In this document: positions 62,104-64,000 of the stretch, piece after piece
Position numbering within the stretch: the stretch's first letter is position 1
How the letters are laid out: the number at the start of each line of letters is the position of its first letter
From: Raillietiella orientalis
Taxonomy: Eukaryota
Reading direction: 5' to 3'
DNA: 64,000 nucleotides
Assembly: GCA_036172245.1 (NCBI GenBank)
Contig: JAYWIR010000003.1
Span: forward strand, 1,922,001-1,986,000
Made by a program: the position numbers and the translations under genes
Notes under the pieces: generated by a model
Told to the model about the DNA's origin: nothing
Database searches by the model: none
Seen by the model: only the letters and a program-made list of their open reading frames with translations

Positions 62104-64000
62104 GCTGGCCCGCCTGTTTTTACGTCAGACATTTGCATGACATGTTTGCATTGCTTGGTCAGGGTCGCAAAAAGCTCTTGGAGGTAGCGAGTGGCAGGAC
62201 GTAGATTTCGAACTCGGCGGCAGGTGGTCTTGGTGTAAGGGACAATCTGTGAGGACGGCTACGACAGTCCACGGTTCTCGGAGAATCGCGGGGTATTTCG
62301 GTAAGGAATGGTGGAGAAAAAGGAAGGATCACCGCGACGAAGGCACGTCCGACGGCTAATTCGATATCAGGGTTAGAAAATTAGTAGTGATTGAGATCAA
62401 AAAAATGAATTGAAAATGGGCAATTCGGGATTTCAGTTCCCTGTGGAATTTGCGTTTGAAGGGAAGGACAGTATTCAGCGGGGATTGCTCCTTCCTTGGA
62501 TTTTCGTACCAGTGCCTGCATTTGCATCCAGAATAGAATTTATCGGGAGTACGTGATAGAAACAAACTTCGTGACATTCGCGTTCCTGCCTCCGCTGCGG
62601 GGTGTGCAAGAGGATACCAAATCTGTGGGTTCATCTGTGAAACTCCCCGGCAGCGCCGCTCGCAGCCGAACCACGTCTGTTTATTTTCCTTTCTTTCCCC
62701 AGCTAGCTCCTCATTCAGATTCCCGCCTCCGAGCTCCGCAGAGAAATGCAAAAAAGGCTATCACAATGTTTGTTCTCCCGTCTGCTTCCAATCTCCGTGT
62801 TGCCGTCCGTTCTGTTGTTTCGGCGCTCTCATCCGCCCAACCCCGACCGACTGACTCCGAAAGCTTTTCCATATTGCGTGAGGGCAGCTGAAAATTCACC
62901 TCGGCAGCTGCACCTCTGCCACGTCTTCGGCGTCTTGAAAAGTTGGCCGGTGGATTCACGCACGTCGGCAGCTCGGTCGGACGTGAGAAGACTAGGTCAC
63001 TCACTCATCTTCGGTTCCGGAGGAACGAAACTTCAATTCCGTTACGACGTGGGCTAGGGACTTGCTACAGAAATGTACAAGGAACACATCGGAGACATTT
63101 GGCGTTCTTTATGGTCAGTGGATTTTCTGCTTTGCTGTGAGCATTCCTCAGCTGCTTACGTAACTAGAATACATTACTTAGGTAGTAATATGTAGTGGAT
63201 ATTTTGTTTTTATGAAGAAACCATTAGTACGCATTGCTATCTTAAGGTCATTATGGGTCATTCTGTGGTGTTGAGAGTTTATACGTTGTAGTAATGAATC
63301 GGTAAACGGAGCCGTACCTCTGGAGCATTTGTACTGCGTAGACTTAATTGTATTCCAGCGTTGCATTGCAGTGTTTAAGGGGAAGTAAAGCAAATCCTTG
63401 AAATTATTGATTCGCAGTGATTCTACATAGACCTCAGATAACTAGAAGGACCACTTTGTTATAAGTTTGGTTTGCGAAGGTGTTTCTTACTCCCCTCTTC
63501 AAGCATTTCTACTCAACTCCATTTATGGAAACCTCGTGTCTTCGTTCGGCAATTCACTGTGCATTCTTAAGTCTCTACTGAATCGGCTAAAAAAACGTGC
63601 AGAGGCCGTAGAAAATTTGTGAGAACGCTCTGAGGGAGCATCCGTGCGCGTTCGATTCCGAAGAGGAGAGTAGCTGCATCATGGCTCTCGTCTTTCCTAG
63701 AAGACTCCATTTTTGCCCATCGCACATTGCCAAAGCCTCATCCCTCCCGTTAAAGCTACAAAATGCAGTCCATACGAGTGCACAATTACTACTTGAGAAG
63801 TACAGAAATAGCAGCACCGAAACGTCCGTTGCTTCTCTTAGAGACAGCATCCTAGAAACAAGTACCTTTAGAAAAGTTATCAAAAGACCGACGATTCGAA
63901 TCCCAGTTCGAGGAGAAAAAACTCGGGTTCTCTTGGAAGCGGTTGCTTCTCTACAAATAACCTAGCCGTTTTCCATCTCCGATCTTAGCTATCCAAGGGG

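Overview
Eukaryotic (animal, most likely ecdysozoan/protostome) genomic DNA. Nearly the whole window is one plus-strand, intron-rich gene, an orthologue of Drosophila still life (sif) / vertebrate TIAM1/2, a Rac guanine-nucleotide exchange factor. I assembled 22 coding exons by hand (8657-62103, about 4.6 kb spliced, about 1540 codons) with consistent intron phases. They give a Sif type-1-like linker, PH, coiled-coil/Ex, RBD, PDZ, DH (RhoGEF), second PH and the conserved C-terminal tail. The N-terminal (EVH1/WH1) exons were not found and probably lie upstream of the window. The terminal exon and one 36-nt microexon are tentative. Introns contain a fold-back (palindromic) mariner derivative, many badly decayed RTE-type non-LTR retrotransposon fragments, a tRNA-like SINE head and many microsatellites. 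The most notable oddities concern splicing (a GC-AG intron, purine-rich AAG acceptors, 48-65 nt introns, a microexon) and the roughly 900-bp mariner hairpin. I found no convincing evidence of a wholly new biological system; most long ORFs in the supplied track are GC-rich or low-complexity artefacts. Homology statements come from my recollection of the Sif/Tiam, mariner and RTE families, not from a database search.
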